From assembly GCA_031265365.1 (NCBI GenBank), contig JAISCS010000206.1:1-43686 (forward strand): a DNA stretch of 43,686 nt, in the 5' to 3' direction. Below the pieces are notes generated by a model. It saw only the letters and a list, made by a program, of their open reading frames with translations, was not told where the DNA came from and did not search any database. Of the stretch, positions 8,821-18,861 are shown in pieces. Numbering within the stretch: the first letter of the stretch is position 1; every line of letters begins with the position of its first letter. This DNA comes from Verrucomicrobiales bacterium (lineage in GTDB: Bacteria; Verrucomicrobiota; Verrucomicrobiia; Methylacidiphilales; JAAUTS01). A program made the translations under genes and the position numbers.

Positions 8821-10365
8821 TCATGTGCCCGGAAGGTTGTAACCGGCGGTGACTTTGCCGTCCTCGATTTTTTGGACGCGGTAGTTATTGGCAATGTTGT
8901 AGGCTTTGAGAACTTCCTTGATGGTGCCGTAGAATTGGAGCCAGAGGCGGTTGCCGATGGCGCTGGGGATGGCGGTGTTGCCGATGGTGACATCGCACTT
9001 GTAGAAGGTGATGGCTTCGTTGTTGGCCTGAAAGTGGAGGTCGTACTGGAAGAGGAAGTTTTTGCCGAGGCAGGAGGTTTGTTGTTGGAAGCGGAGTTTG
9101 CTGGCAAAGGCTTGGAAGTGGACTTTTTCCAAGGCGACTCCGAGGCTGCCGCTGACGGTGTCTTGGCGGAATTGAACGAGGCGATTGATGGCGGTGTTAA
9201 TCTCGGCGTCGCTCAGTTCGACGAGCAGGTCGCTGTTGTTCACGTCGCGCATGGTGTCACCTTGGGAGATGTAGAGCATCTTCAGCAGCTTGCCGAGAGG
9301 ATGGTCGGCGACGGGGATGGACCTCGGCGCGTCAGCCGCGGCGGGGTCGGTGGCTTCCTCGGTTTTCGCCGGCGCGTCCACTGACGCTAACGCCTTCCCT
9401 GTCTCTTCCGTGATGACGCCCGGCGCGTTGAAAATGCGGACGGCGTAGAACGTGTAAAAGCCCATGAACAGCACGGAGACGATGAGCATGATAAATTCGA
9501 GGAATCCGCCGATGCGGCTTTGGAACACCGCGTAGTAGAAACTGAACAACGCCACCAGCGCGGTCAGCGCGAGGAACACGGCGACGATGACCATAGTGGT
9601 TTGCGAGGCAACCGTGTTGGAGACGATGACGGGCTTGAGCTGGTCCGCGAAGGTTTGCATCCGCTCGGCGCGGCGGGTCTCCTGCGCCTGGTGGATTTCC
9701 GCGCGCGTGCGCCATTCGCCATCCCAGCGCACCTTGCCGGCCTTGAGCAACGCTTGGCGCTCCATCCACGGCTTGAGATAATCGTCAATCGCCGAGGCAA
9801 GGTCAGCGTACCGGCCCTTGAGCTGCTCGCCCGCGCCGAGCTTCCCGTCCAATTCATCCGGCGTGTAATCCTTCGCCTCGTCGAACTCAGTGACGGTAAA
9901 TTCCTTCAACATCTTCTCCTTCTCTTTCTCCTTCTCCGCCTGCTGGGTTTTGCGCGCCTCCAAAATCGTGTGGTACTTGGTGCGGTCAACGACGAGGCTC
10001 TTCTTCAACTCAGGGTAGTTCTTTATCAAATTGTCGTACTGCGCGACGATGTTGGAGATGTTATCGTCGGGCAAGTCTTGGTCCTCCTCGACGTAGAACG
10101 GCAGCACGTCTATCAGCATGTTCAACTGGCGCGCGTTACGCTGGCCCTCCTCGTTGGTTATCCACAGCGCCGGGTCTTTCTTCTCCACTTCCTTCGCGCG
10201 GATGACTTGCAGCCGCCCGTCGCCCGTCTTGACAATCGCGTACACATTGGACTGCGGCTGCTCGGCGCCCTCGTCCTCATCCTGCGCGGGCAACCACGCC
10301 GCCACCAACGTCATCATCAAACCAACCAATAACCACCTGTTCATGAATATCACTCTGTTAAACAT
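8821..10365 (-). CDS. Hypothetical membrane protein
   Basis: 514-aa ORF with coding-like codon use; signal peptide, charged helical region, two TM segments; no family recognised; start uncertain. Confidence 0.75.
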   Translation of the reverse strand: MFNRVIFMNRWLLVGLMMTLVAAWLPAQDEDEGAEQPQSNVYAIVKTGDGRLQVIRAKEVEKKDPALWITNEEGQRNARQLNMLIDVLPFYVEEDQDLPDDNISNIVAQYDNLIKNYPELKKSLVVDRTKYHTILEARKTQQAEKEKEKEKMLKEFTVTEFDEAKDYTPDELDGKLGAGEQLKGRYADLASAIDDYLKPWMERQALLKAGKVRWDGEWRTRAEIHQAQETRRAERMQTFADQLKPVIVSNTVASQTTMVIVAVFLALTALVALFSFYYAVFQSRIGGFLEFIMLIVSVLFMGFYTFYAVRIFNAPGVITEETGKALASVDAPAKTEEATDPAAADAPRSIPVADHPLGKLLKMLYISQGDTMRDVNNSDLLVELSDAEINTAINRLVQFRQDTVSGSLGVALEKVHFQAFASKLRFQQQTSCLGKNFLFQYDLHFQANNEAITFYKCDVTIGNTAIPSAIGNRLWLQFYGTIKEVLKAYNIANNYRVQKIEDGKVTAGYNLPGT

Positions 10366-10471
10366 ACTAGTCGCCTAATCTACCGATTACACGTCATCGG
10401 TCAACATTAAGACGCGACTGGCGGCATTTTCTTTGAATATTTTTTCCGAATGTTGCTATATTTTCCCCTTC

Positions 10472-13400
10472 ATGGCCACCCACGATTTCATCAAACTCCG
10501 CGGCCTCCGCGAAAACAATCTCAAAGGTTTCGACCTCGACCTCCCGCTTAACCAATTCATCGTCGTCACCGGCCTCAGCGGCAGCGGCAAATCCTCGCTG
10601 GCGTTCGACACCATCTTCGCCGAGGGCCAGCGCCGTTACACCGAGACCTTCTCCCCCTACACGCGCCAGTTCCTCGAACGCATGAACAAACCCAAGGCCG
10701 ACAGCATCGAGGGCATCCCGCCCGCCATCGCCCTAAGCCAGGTCAACTCCGTCCGCACCTCCCGCAGCACCGTCGGCTCCATGACCGAAATCGCCGATTA
10801 CTTGAAACTGCTGTTCCCCACCCACGCCGAGCTTCGCAGCCCCGTCACCGGCCAAAAAATCCAGCCGTGGACCCCCGCGCAAATCGTCGCCGAACTCCTC
10901 GCCCGTCACGCTGACACTCAAGTCCTTGTCACCTTCGACCTCGCGTTCTCCGCCAGCATCTCCTGGCCCGCCATCGTCCAAACCCTCCAAGCCCAAGGCT
11001 TCACTCGCGTCCTTTGGAATGACCAACCCGCGCGCCTCGACGACCTGGCAAACGTTACCGCCAGCGCCCCGCTCACCATCAGCGTCATCGCCGACCGCCT
11101 CACCGTCAGCGCCGAAACCCAATCCCGCCTCGCCGAAGCCATCCAAACCGCCCTCCAACACGGCAAAGGTCTAGTCACCATACGACCTATAAGTCCTATA
11201 CGACCCATAAGACCTATAACCTACGCCGACCATTACCTAGACCCCGCCACCCACCACCTCTACACCGCCCCCACCCCCGCTCTCTTCTCCTTCAACAGCC
11301 CCATCGGCGCCTGCCCCGTCTGCAAAGGCTTTGGCCGCACCGTCACCATCGACTACGACCTCGCCCTCCCCGACCGCACCCTCACCATCAGCGGCGGCGT
11401 GGTCAAATGCTTCTCCGGCCAGACCATGCAAGAATGCCAGCGCGACCTCCTCAAAGCCTGCCGCAAACACCGCATCCCCGCCAACATCCCCTTCAACCAA
11501 CTCACCAAAGCCCAGCAAAAATTCGTCATCCACGGCGAAATCACCCCCGGCAAAACCCTCGAACAATCCTATGACGACGGCGAATGGTACGGCGTCAGCG
11601 GCTTCTTCAAATGGCTCGAGATGCGCACCTACAAAATGAATGTCCGCATCCTCATCGCCCGCTACCGCGCCTACCACCCCTGCCCCGCCTGCCACGGTGA
11701 CCGCTTCAAACCCGAAACCACCCTCTGGCAACTCCACGGTAAAACCATCACCACCATCAACGCCACTCCCCTCCGCGACCTCGCCCCGTGGTTCGCCAAC
11801 CTCACCGTCAGCGACGCCTCTGCCAAAATCCTCCTTCACCAAATCACCGCCCGCCTCGCCTACCTCAACCAAGTCGGCCTCGGCTACCTCACCCTTGGCC
11901 GCGCCAGCCGCACCCTCAGCGGCGGCGAACTCCAGCGCGTCAACCTCACCACCTGCCTCGGCACCAGCCTCGTCGGCACCCTCTTCGTCCTCGACGAACC
12001 CAGCATCGGCCTCCACCCCCGCGACACCGCCCAACTCACCAACATCCTAAAAACCCTCGCCCGCCAGGGCAACACCGTCCTCGTCGTCGAGCACGACGCC
12101 GCCATCATCCGCGCCGCCGACCACCTCATCGAACTAGGCCCCCGCGGCGGCGCCGACGGCGGCCACCTCATCCACAGCGGCCACCCGGACAAATTCCAAA
12201 CCTCAAATCTCAAACCCCAAATAAATTCCAACCACAAAATATCAAATTCCAAAACCATCTCGCTCACCGCTGACTATCTCTCAGGCCGCCGCGTCATTCC
12301 TCTCCCCGACAAACGCCGCTCCGTTGACGAACACACGCCGCGGCTTGCTTTCAGCGGCGCGTCCAAACACAACATTCACCACCTCGCCGGCCAAATCCCC
12401 CTCGGCAAATTCACCGCCATCACCGGCGTCAGCGGCAGCGGCAAAAGCACCCTCGTCCGCGATATAATCGCCCCCGCGGTGAAAACAATGCTCTCCACCA
12501 AACCACACCGCCGCCGCGACGCCGGGGCGGTTTGGAATTTGAAATCTGGAATCTGGAGCTTGGTTGGAATTTGCGATCTGGAATTTGGCATTTGCGAGGT
12601 TTTAGTCGTCGACCAAAGCCCCCTCACCCGCAGCGCCCGCAGCACCCCCGCCCTCTACCTCGGCGCCTACGACCACATCCGCCAACTCCTCGCCGGCACC
12701 GACAGCGCCCGCCGCCTCGGTCTCACCCCCGCCGACTTCTCCTTCAACACCGGTGCCGGCCGCTGCCCCCGCTGCGCCGGCGCCGGCCACGAAAAAATCG
12801 AAATGCAATTCCTCTCCGATGTTTTCATCACCTGCCCCGTCTGCGACGGCAAACGTTTCCAAGACCACGTCCTCACCGCCGACTACCGTGGCAAAAACAT
12901 CGCCGACCTCCTCTCCCTCACCGTCAGCGAAGCCATCGCCTTTTTTAACTCCAGCCACGCGAAGGCGCAAACACCAGGTGAACAACGCGCGTGCTTAAAA
13001 ACCGCCGCCGCGCTGCACCTGTTGGAACAAGTCGGCCTCGGCTACCTCACCCTCGGCCAACCCACCAGCCACCTCAGTGGCGGCGAAGCCCAGCGCTTAA
13101 AACTCGTCGCCGAACTAACCGCCGCCCCCCTCAAAAAACTCCGCGGCTCCGCCTCTCCGCGCGAACCAAAAGGAAAACTAATCATCCTCGACGAACCCAC
13201 CACCGGCCTTCACTACGAAGACCTCCGCGTCCTGCTCGGCGTCCTGCAAACCCTCGTTGACCGCGGCCACACCCTGCTAGTCATCGAACACAACATGGAA
13301 CTCGTCAAATGCGCCGACTGGGTCATCGACCTTGGCCCCGAAGCCGGCGACCAAGGCGGCCAAATCATCGCCGAAGGCACCCCCGAACAAATCGCCGTCC

Positions 13401-16291
13401 ACCCCGCCAGCCGCACTGCCCCCTACCTAGCACAAGCCCTTCGGGGAACCGATGCGGACTTCCGAGGAGCCTATGCGGACTTCCGAGGAACCGATGCAGA
13501 CTTCCGAGGAGCCTATGCGGACTTCCGAGAAGCCTATGCGGACTTCCGAGGAACCTACGCGGACTTCCGAGAAGCCTATGCAGACTTCCGAGGAACCTAC
13601 GCGGACCTCCGAGGAGCCTATGCAGACTTCCGAGAAACCTACGCGGACTTCCGAGGAACCTCCCCCGTCCCCTCCCCCCCCGCCATCCAAATCACCGGTG
13701 CCACCCACCACAACCTAAAAAACCTCACCGTCAGCATCCCCCGCCAACAAATGACCGTCATCACCGGCCTCAGCGGCAGCGGCAAAAGCACCCTCGCCTT
13801 CGACCTCCTCTTCGCCGAGGGCCAGCGCCGCTACCTCGACTGCCTCAACAGTTACGCCCGTCAATTCATCGAACAACTCGAAAAACCCCGCGTGGACGCC
13901 ATCACCGGCATCCCCCCCACCGTCGCCATCGAACAACGCGCCACCCGTGGCGGACACAAAAGCACCGTCGCCACCGTCACCGAAATCTACCACTTCCTCC
14001 GCCTCCTCTACGCCAAACTCGGCGCCCAGCACGACCCCGCCACCGGCACCCCCTGCATCCAACAAACCCCCGCGCAAATCACCACCCAAATCAAAAAACA
14101 ACTAACCACCGCCCGCGAACACCTCCTCCTCGCCCCCCTAATCCGCGCCCGCAAAGGCAACTACACCGAACTCGCCGCCTGGGCCGCCAAAAAAGGCTAC
14201 CCCTACCTCCGCGTCAACGGCACCATCACCCCCACCGCCGACTTCAAACCCCTCAACCGCTACCGCGAACACACCATCGACCTAATCATCGCCACCCTCA
14301 CCCCCCGCACCCCCAACCTCCCCGCCCTCATCACCCAAGCCTTAGACCACGGCAAAGGCACCCTTATCATCAGACCCATAGGAACTATCCACCCCACAGA
14401 AACCACTCACAGCACCCACCTCTATAGCCCCGCCACCGGTAAATCCTTCCCCCCGTTAGACCCCCGACTCTTCTCCTCCAACTCCCCCCACGGCTGGTGC
14501 CCTCGCTGCCAAGGCTACGGCACCCTCGCCAACCTCTCCGCCGACGCCACCCTCACCCCCCTCGAACAAGAACAACAACAAGAACTAGCCCGCGAACACC
14601 TCGACGACCTCGCCGCCACCCCCTGCCCGGCCTGCCACGGCACCCGCCTCAACGAAACCGCCCGTGCCGTCCGCTTCGCCGGCCGCCCCGTCACCGACCT
14701 CAACGCCATGACCGTCAGCGCCCTCGACCGCTTCCTCACCACCCTCAAACTCAAAGGCCGTGCCGCCGCCATCGCCCGCGACATCCTGCCCGAACTCCGC
14801 CAACGCCTCCAATTCCTCCGCCACGTCGGCCTCGACTACCTCAACCTCGACCGCCCCGCCCCCACCCTCAGCGGCGGCGAAGCCCAGCGCATCCGCCTCG
14901 CCGCCCAACTCGGCTCCAACCTCCAGGGCGTCCTCTACATCCTCGACGAACCCACCATCGGCCTCCACCCCCGCGACAACGCCGAACTCATCAAAACCCT
15001 CCGCCACCTCCAACAACGCGGCAACACCCTCGTCATCGTCGAGCACGACGAAGCCACCATGCGCGCCGCCGACCACATTATCGACCTCGGCCCCGGCGCC
15101 GGCGTCAACGGCGGCCAACTCATCGCCCAAGGCACCTGGCGCGCCATCACCCGCAACCGCCGGTCCCTCACCGGCAAACTCCTCGGCGCCCCGTTACCAC
15201 ACCCCATGCGCGGCACCCGCCGCAAAACCGACCGGCACACCCAATGGCTCACCATCCCCAACGCCACCGCCAACAACATAAAAAACCTCACCATCAAACT
15301 CCCCCTGGGTAAACTCATCGGCATCAGCGGCGTCAGCGGCAGCGGCAAAAGCACCCTAATGCACAAAATCATCATCCCCGCCGTGCGGAAAAAAATTGAA
15401 ACCAGAAAACAGAAAGCAAAAATTTCAGCTTCCAACTTTCAGCTTTCCAATTTAGTTCAAGTCACCCAAACCCCCATCGGCAAAACCAGCCGCAGCACCG
15501 TCAGCACCTACCTTGGACTCATGGACCGCCTCCGGCAACTCATGGCCCAGCTCCCCCTCGCCAAAACCCGCGGCTACACCCCCGCCCACTTCTCCTACAA
15601 CGCCGGCCCCGGCCGCTGCCCCGCCTGCCAGGGCCAGGGCTTTCTAAAAATTGACATGAACTTCCTCCCCACCGCCTACATCCCCTGCGACCAATGCAAC
15701 GGCCAGCGCTGGACCGCCCCCATCCTCGAAATCACCTACCACGACAAAAACATCTACCAAATCCTCACCCTCAGCGTCGACGAAGCCGTCGAATTTTTTG
15801 CCGGCCAGCCCACCGTCCAAGTCCCGCTGAAACTCCTGCAAGAAACCGGCCTCGGCTACCTCACCCTCGGCCAAACCAGCCCCACCCTCAGCGGCGGCGA
15901 AGCCCAGCGCCTTAAACTCGTCACCGAACTCGCCAGCCTCCGCCTCCAAGAACACCGCCAGCGCCCCGCCACCCGCGCCGCCGGCGCCGGGCGAACCCTC
16001 TATCTGCTGGAAGAACCCACCGTCGGCCTCCACCTCGCCGACGTCCAAAGATTGCTTGAAGTCCTGCACCAACTCGTTGACGCCGGCCACACCGTCATCG
16101 TCATCGAACACCACCTGGACCTGCTCGCCGAATGCGACCACCTCATCGACCTCGGCCCCGAAAGCGGCGCCAAAGGGGGCCGCGTCATCGCCGCCGGCCC
16201 CCCCGAACAAATCGCCGGCAACCAACGCAGCCACACCGGCCGCTACCTCCGCCCCCTGCTATATCTCCCAAAAATCGACGCGGCCAAATAG
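10472..16291 (+). CDS. uvrA: Excinuclease ABC subunit A, double-length (two fused UvrA units) with several in-frame repeat insertions
   Basis: Four Walker A motifs (GLSGSGKS x2, GVSGSGKS x2), four LSGGE signatures, CxxC zinc fingers; start placed at MATHDF (10472). Confidence 0.95.
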   Translation: MATHDFIKLRGLRENNLKGFDLDLPLNQFIVVTGLSGSGKSSLAFDTIFAEGQRRYTETFSPYTRQFLERMNKPKADSIEGIPPAIALSQVNSVRTSRSTVGSMTEIADYLKLLFPTHAELRSPVTGQKIQPWTPAQIVAELLARHADTQVLVTFDLAFSASISWPAIVQTLQAQGFTRVLWNDQPARLDDLANVTASAPLTISVIADRLTVSAETQSRLAEAIQTALQHGKGLVTIRPISPIRPIRPITYADHYLDPATHHLYTAPTPALFSFNSPIGACPVCKGFGRTVTIDYDLALPDRTLTISGGVVKCFSGQTMQECQRDLLKACRKHRIPANIPFNQLTKAQQKFVIHGEITPGKTLEQSYDDGEWYGVSGFFKWLEMRTYKMNVRILIARYRAYHPCPACHGDRFKPETTLWQLHGKTITTINATPLRDLAPWFANLTVSDASAKILLHQITARLAYLNQVGLGYLTLGRASRTLSGGELQRVNLTTCLGTSLVGTLFVLDEPSIGLHPRDTAQLTNILKTLARQGNTVLVVEHDAAIIRAADHLIELGPRGGADGGHLIHSGHPDKFQTSNLKPQINSNHKISNSKTISLTADYLSGRRVIPLPDKRRSVDEHTPRLAFSGASKHNIHHLAGQIPLGKFTAITGVSGSGKSTLVRDIIAPAVKTMLSTKPHRRRDAGAVWNLKSGIWSLVGICDLEFGICEVLVVDQSPLTRSARSTPALYLGAYDHIRQLLAGTDSARRLGLTPADFSFNTGAGRCPRCAGAGHEKIEMQFLSDVFITCPVCDGKRFQDHVLTADYRGKNIADLLSLTVSEAIAFFNSSHAKAQTPGEQRACLKTAAALHLLEQVGLGYLTLGQPTSHLSGGEAQRLKLVAELTAAPLKKLRGSASPREPKGKLIILDEPTTGLHYEDLRVLLGVLQTLVDRGHTLLVIEHNMELVKCADWVIDLGPEAGDQGGQIIAEGTPEQIAVHPASRTAPYLAQALRGTDADFRGAYADFRGTDADFRGAYADFREAYADFRGTYADFREAYADFRGTYADLRGAYADFRETYADFRGTSPVPSPPAIQITGATHHNLKNLTVSIPRQQMTVITGLSGSGKSTLAFDLLFAEGQRRYLDCLNSYARQFIEQLEKPRVDAITGIPPTVAIEQRATRGGHKSTVATVTEIYHFLRLLYAKLGAQHDPATGTPCIQQTPAQITTQIKKQLTTAREHLLLAPLIRARKGNYTELAAWAAKKGYPYLRVNGTITPTADFKPLNRYREHTIDLIIATLTPRTPNLPALITQALDHGKGTLIIRPIGTIHPTETTHSTHLYSPATGKSFPPLDPRLFSSNSPHGWCPRCQGYGTLANLSADATLTPLEQEQQQELAREHLDDLAATPCPACHGTRLNETARAVRFAGRPVTDLNAMTVSALDRFLTTLKLKGRAAAIARDILPELRQRLQFLRHVGLDYLNLDRPAPTLSGGEAQRIRLAAQLGSNLQGVLYILDEPTIGLHPRDNAELIKTLRHLQQRGNTLVIVEHDEATMRAADHIIDLGPGAGVNGGQLIAQGTWRAITRNRRSLTGKLLGAPLPHPMRGTRRKTDRHTQWLTIPNATANNIKNLTIKLPLGKLIGISGVSGSGKSTLMHKIIIPAVRKKIETRKQKAKISASNFQLSNLVQVTQTPIGKTSRSTVSTYLGLMDRLRQLMAQLPLAKTRGYTPAHFSYNAGPGRCPACQGQGFLKIDMNFLPTAYIPCDQCNGQRWTAPILEITYHDKNIYQILTLSVDEAVEFFAGQPTVQVPLKLLQETGLGYLTLGQTSPTLSGGEAQRLKLVTELASLRLQEHRQRPATRAAGAGRTLYLLEEPTVGLHLADVQRLLEVLHQLVDAGHTVIVIEHHLDLLAECDHLIDLGPESGAKGGRVIAAGPPEQIAGNQRSHTGRYLRPLLYLPKIDAAK
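13439..13661 (+). repeat. 21-bp tandem repeat (10 full units plus a partial) in the uvrA inter-unit linker
   Basis: Consensus TTCCGAG(G/A)A(A/G)CC(T/G)A(T/C)GC(G/A)GAC, encoding FR(G/E)(T/A)(Y/D)AD heptads. Confidence 0.97.
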
Positions 16292-16300
16292 CCGGATTGC

Positions 16301-17878
16301 TCAACTCGCCGCCGCCTTGATTTCGATAATGTCATGCGGGGCGGCCTCGCGCTGACCGGCGGTCGTCACCCGCACAAAACGCGCCTTGCGCCTGAGCTCG
16401 CCAAGGTCGGCGGCGCCGAGATAACCCATGCCGCTCTGAATGCCGCCGGTGAGTTGCGCCAGCACCTCGGCCAGCGAGCCGGAAACTTCCTTCAACGCCT
16501 CGACCCCCTCGGCGGTGACTTTGCGGTTGAGGTCCTTGCCCTCGTGACCATAACGCGCCGCGCTGCCCGCCTTCATCGCCTCCATACTGCCCATGCCGCG
16601 ATATTGTTTGTAAAACTTGCCGTTGATTTCGATGATTTTGCCAGGCGCTTCCTTGCATCCCGCCAGCATACCGCCGCAGATGACCGCGTCGGCAATGGTC
16701 AGCGCCTTCACAATATCGCCGGACTTGGTGACGCCGCCGTCAGCGATAAGGCGGACGCGGTGTTTCTTCGCCAAGCGGCTGCCCACATACAACGCGGTGA
16801 GTTGCGGAATACCGACGCCGGCGACGACGCGCGTGGTGCAAATGGAACCCGGCCCCTGCCCCACTTTCACCGCGTCAGCGCCCGCCTTGGCGAGAAACGC
16901 CACGCCCTCGGCGCTGGTAACATTGCCGGCGATGATGGTCAGCGCGGGGAAATTTTCCCGCGTCAATTTGACCGCCTCGCCAACGCCGGCGGTGTGCCCG
17001 TGCGCGGTGGAGACAGCCACGGCGTCCACGCCCTCGCGCGCGAGGTTGGCGACGTGCGCGAGGAAACGGTCAGCGTCCAGCCGCCCGTCCGCCGCGCGCG
17101 GCGCGCTGACGGCGGCGCCGCAGACGAGGCGGAATTTGCTATCCCGCGCGGCCCGGTGGTGCGAACCGGCCTCCCCGGTGATGCGCTCAATGTCGCTGAG
17201 GGTGAACATCCCGCGAATTTTGTCCGCCTGGTCCACGACGAGCAATTTGTGAATGCCCATGTGCTCGTTGAAAAACTTATCCGCCGCCGCGATGGGATTG
17301 CCGCCGAGCTTGGTGTCGCTGATGGTGAACACCTCCGCGCGCGGCGCCATCGCCTCGCTGACGCTCTTGCCCGCGTACCGCTCACGCACAACGTGGCCGA
17401 ACAACAACCCCGCCAGCGTGCCATCGTCAGCGACCACGGGGAACGTGCTGAACTTGTACCCGCGCTCGGCGATAAGCGCCAGCACATCGCCGATGCGCTG
17501 CGCCGGCTTGACGGTGATGGGTTCTTGAATCAGGCCGTGGACGTGGTTCTTGACGCGGGCGACTTGCTTGACCTGCTGCCGCTCGGTCATGTTGTAATGG
17601 ATAAGGCCGAGGCCGCCGTTGAGCGCCATGCCGATGGCCATCTCGGACTCGGTGACCGTGTCCATGTCGGAGGAAATGACGGGCAGTTGCAGCGTCAGCG
17701 AGTCGGAAAGCGTGGTCTCCAACTTGGTCTGACGCGGGAGGACGGCGGAGTAATTCGTGGCGAGGGAGACATCGTCATACGTCAACGCCTCGCCGGAGAA
17801 CTTGGCGAAAAAGGACTCGACGCCGAGGTAGTGGTTGTTTTCGTTAAACTTGAGAACGGAGGAAGATTTGGTTGCCAT
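16301..17878 (-). CDS. guaB: IMP dehydrogenase
   Basis: ALTYDDV, MDTVTE, CBS pair, [13 protein letters not shown] catalytic motif, IADGG, YRGMGS. Confidence 0.95.
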   Translation of the reverse strand: MATKSSSVLKFNENNHYLGVESFFAKFSGEALTYDDVSLATNYSAVLPRQTKLETTLSDSLTLQLPVISSDMDTVTESEMAIGMALNGGLGLIHYNMTERQQVKQVARVKNHVHGLIQEPITVKPAQRIGDVLALIAERGYKFSTFPVVADDGTLAGLLFGHVVRERYAGKSVSEAMAPRAEVFTISDTKLGGNPIAAADKFFNEHMGIHKLLVVDQADKIRGMFTLSDIERITGEAGSHHRAARDSKFRLVCGAAVSAPRAADGRLDADRFLAHVANLAREGVDAVAVSTAHGHTAGVGEAVKLTRENFPALTIIAGNVTSAEGVAFLAKAGADAVKVGQGPGSICTTRVVAGVGIPQLTALYVGSRLAKKHRVRLIADGGVTKSGDIVKALTIADAVICGGMLAGCKEAPGKIIEINGKFYKQYRGMGSMEAMKAGSAARYGHEGKDLNRKVTAEGVEALKEVSGSLAEVLAQLTGGIQSGMGYLGAADLGELRRKARFVRVTTAGQREAAPHDIIEIKAAAS

Positions 17879-17925
17879 GAAATAGAAAACCACAAGCGCG
17901 CCGCGTTTGGCAAGAATATTTTCAA

Positions 17926-18253
17926 TGTTCGTGCGGAGACGCTGAGACGCGGAGAATTTATCAGGTTAAAAAACTCGGTTCCTCGCTGTTAGCAGTGGCA
18001 GCACTGACGTCGGCCTCCCTCCACCGCCCATGCCCTTGCGTGAGCTAATTCCCCTTCCGTGAAGGGGTGGCCGCGGAGCGGACGGGGTAGTTCAGCGTTA
18101 ACAGGAACCTCGCCCCAAACGCTGAACTACCCCGTCGCTCCACGCCACCCCTTCACGGAAGGGGAATTATGCTCCGCTTACCACCCGCCGCTGCCATTCC
18201 ACTGTTCACGGGATAGAACCAAAAATTCATATCTCCGCGTCTCCGCGCGAACC
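17926..18253. repeat. GAGACGCGG-family hairpin whose loop is occupied by a MITE
   Basis: Left arm 17927-17955, right arm TCTCCGCGTCTCCGCGCGAACC at 18232-18253. Confidence 0.8.
17977..18220 (+). mobile_element. Complete MITE copy 3 (244 bp)
   Basis: GGTTC...GAACC ends; flanks AAAAACTC / AAAAATTC (8-bp duplication, 1 mismatch); central ~120-bp palindrome. Confidence 0.88.
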
Positions 18254-18829
18254 TCAAATATTATCCACCACCGGATACACCGTCTCGATATGCTCAAGGA
18301 TGACGTGCATAATCCACGTGTGCAACTCCTGCGCGCGCGCCGTGTTGTCAGTGGGGATGACGATGGCGTGGTCGGACAACTCCCGCGCCTTGCCGCCGCC
18401 CTTGCCCAGCAGACTGACGGTGATAATGCCCAGCTTCTTCGCCGCGCCGAGCGCCTTGATGAGATTCGCCGAGTTGCCGCTGCCGCTGAAGATGACCAGA
18501 ATGTCCCCCGCGTGGCCGAGGCCCTCGATTTGGCGCGAGAAGACGGCGTCGTAACCCCAGTCATTGCCGATGCACGTCAGCGCCGTGACATCCGCTGACA
18601 GTGAGATGGCCGGCAGCGAGCGCCGGTTGCCGCGATAGCGTCCGACCAATTCCTCCGCCATGTGCAGCGCGTCCGCCGCGCTGCCGCCGTTGCCACAGGT
18701 CAGCACCTTGTGGCCGTTCTTGAAACATTGCTCGAACAACGGGAACAATTTTTCGACTTGCGGCAGAAAACGCTCGAAACTCACCACGACTTGTTTAAGC
18801 TCGGCATACTGTTGTTGGACTAATGACAT
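18254..18829 (-). CDS. gmhA: SIS-domain phosphoheptose (sedoheptulose-7-phosphate) isomerase
   Basis: CGNGGSAADA, TCIGNDWGY, FSRQIEG, SGNSAN, QELH. Confidence 0.9.
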   Translation of the reverse strand: MSLVQQQYAELKQVVVSFERFLPQVEKLFPLFEQCFKNGHKVLTCGNGGSAADALHMAEELVGRYRGNRRSLPAISLSADVTALTCIGNDWGYDAVFSRQIEGLGHAGDILVIFSGSGNSANLIKALGAAKKLGIITVSLLGKGGGKARELSDHAIVIPTDNTARAQELHTWIMHVILEHIETVYPVVDNI

Positions 18830-18861
18830 GAGAAAACACTAACGCGCCCCGGAAATTTGTC

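Noticed and set aside
12956-12971. CACGCGAAGGCGCAAA in uvrA resembling the solo arm at 27318
   Set aside because: Too short to distinguish from chance; not counted among the insertions
13439-13661. Possible CRISPR array
   Set aside because: Units are contiguous 21-mers with no unique spacers, lie in frame in a CDS, and no cas genes are present
10830-14450. Loss of CxxC cysteines at the first zinc site of both UvrA halves (SPVTG, DPATH, DPATG, SPATG)
   Set aside because: Cys-less variants such as YSPATG are common in other UvrAs and do not indicate a pseudogene
10472-16291. Double-length UvrA as a novelty
   Set aside because: Tandem-fused UvrA is already known, for example in Chlamydiae and other PVC bacteria; only the insertions are unusual
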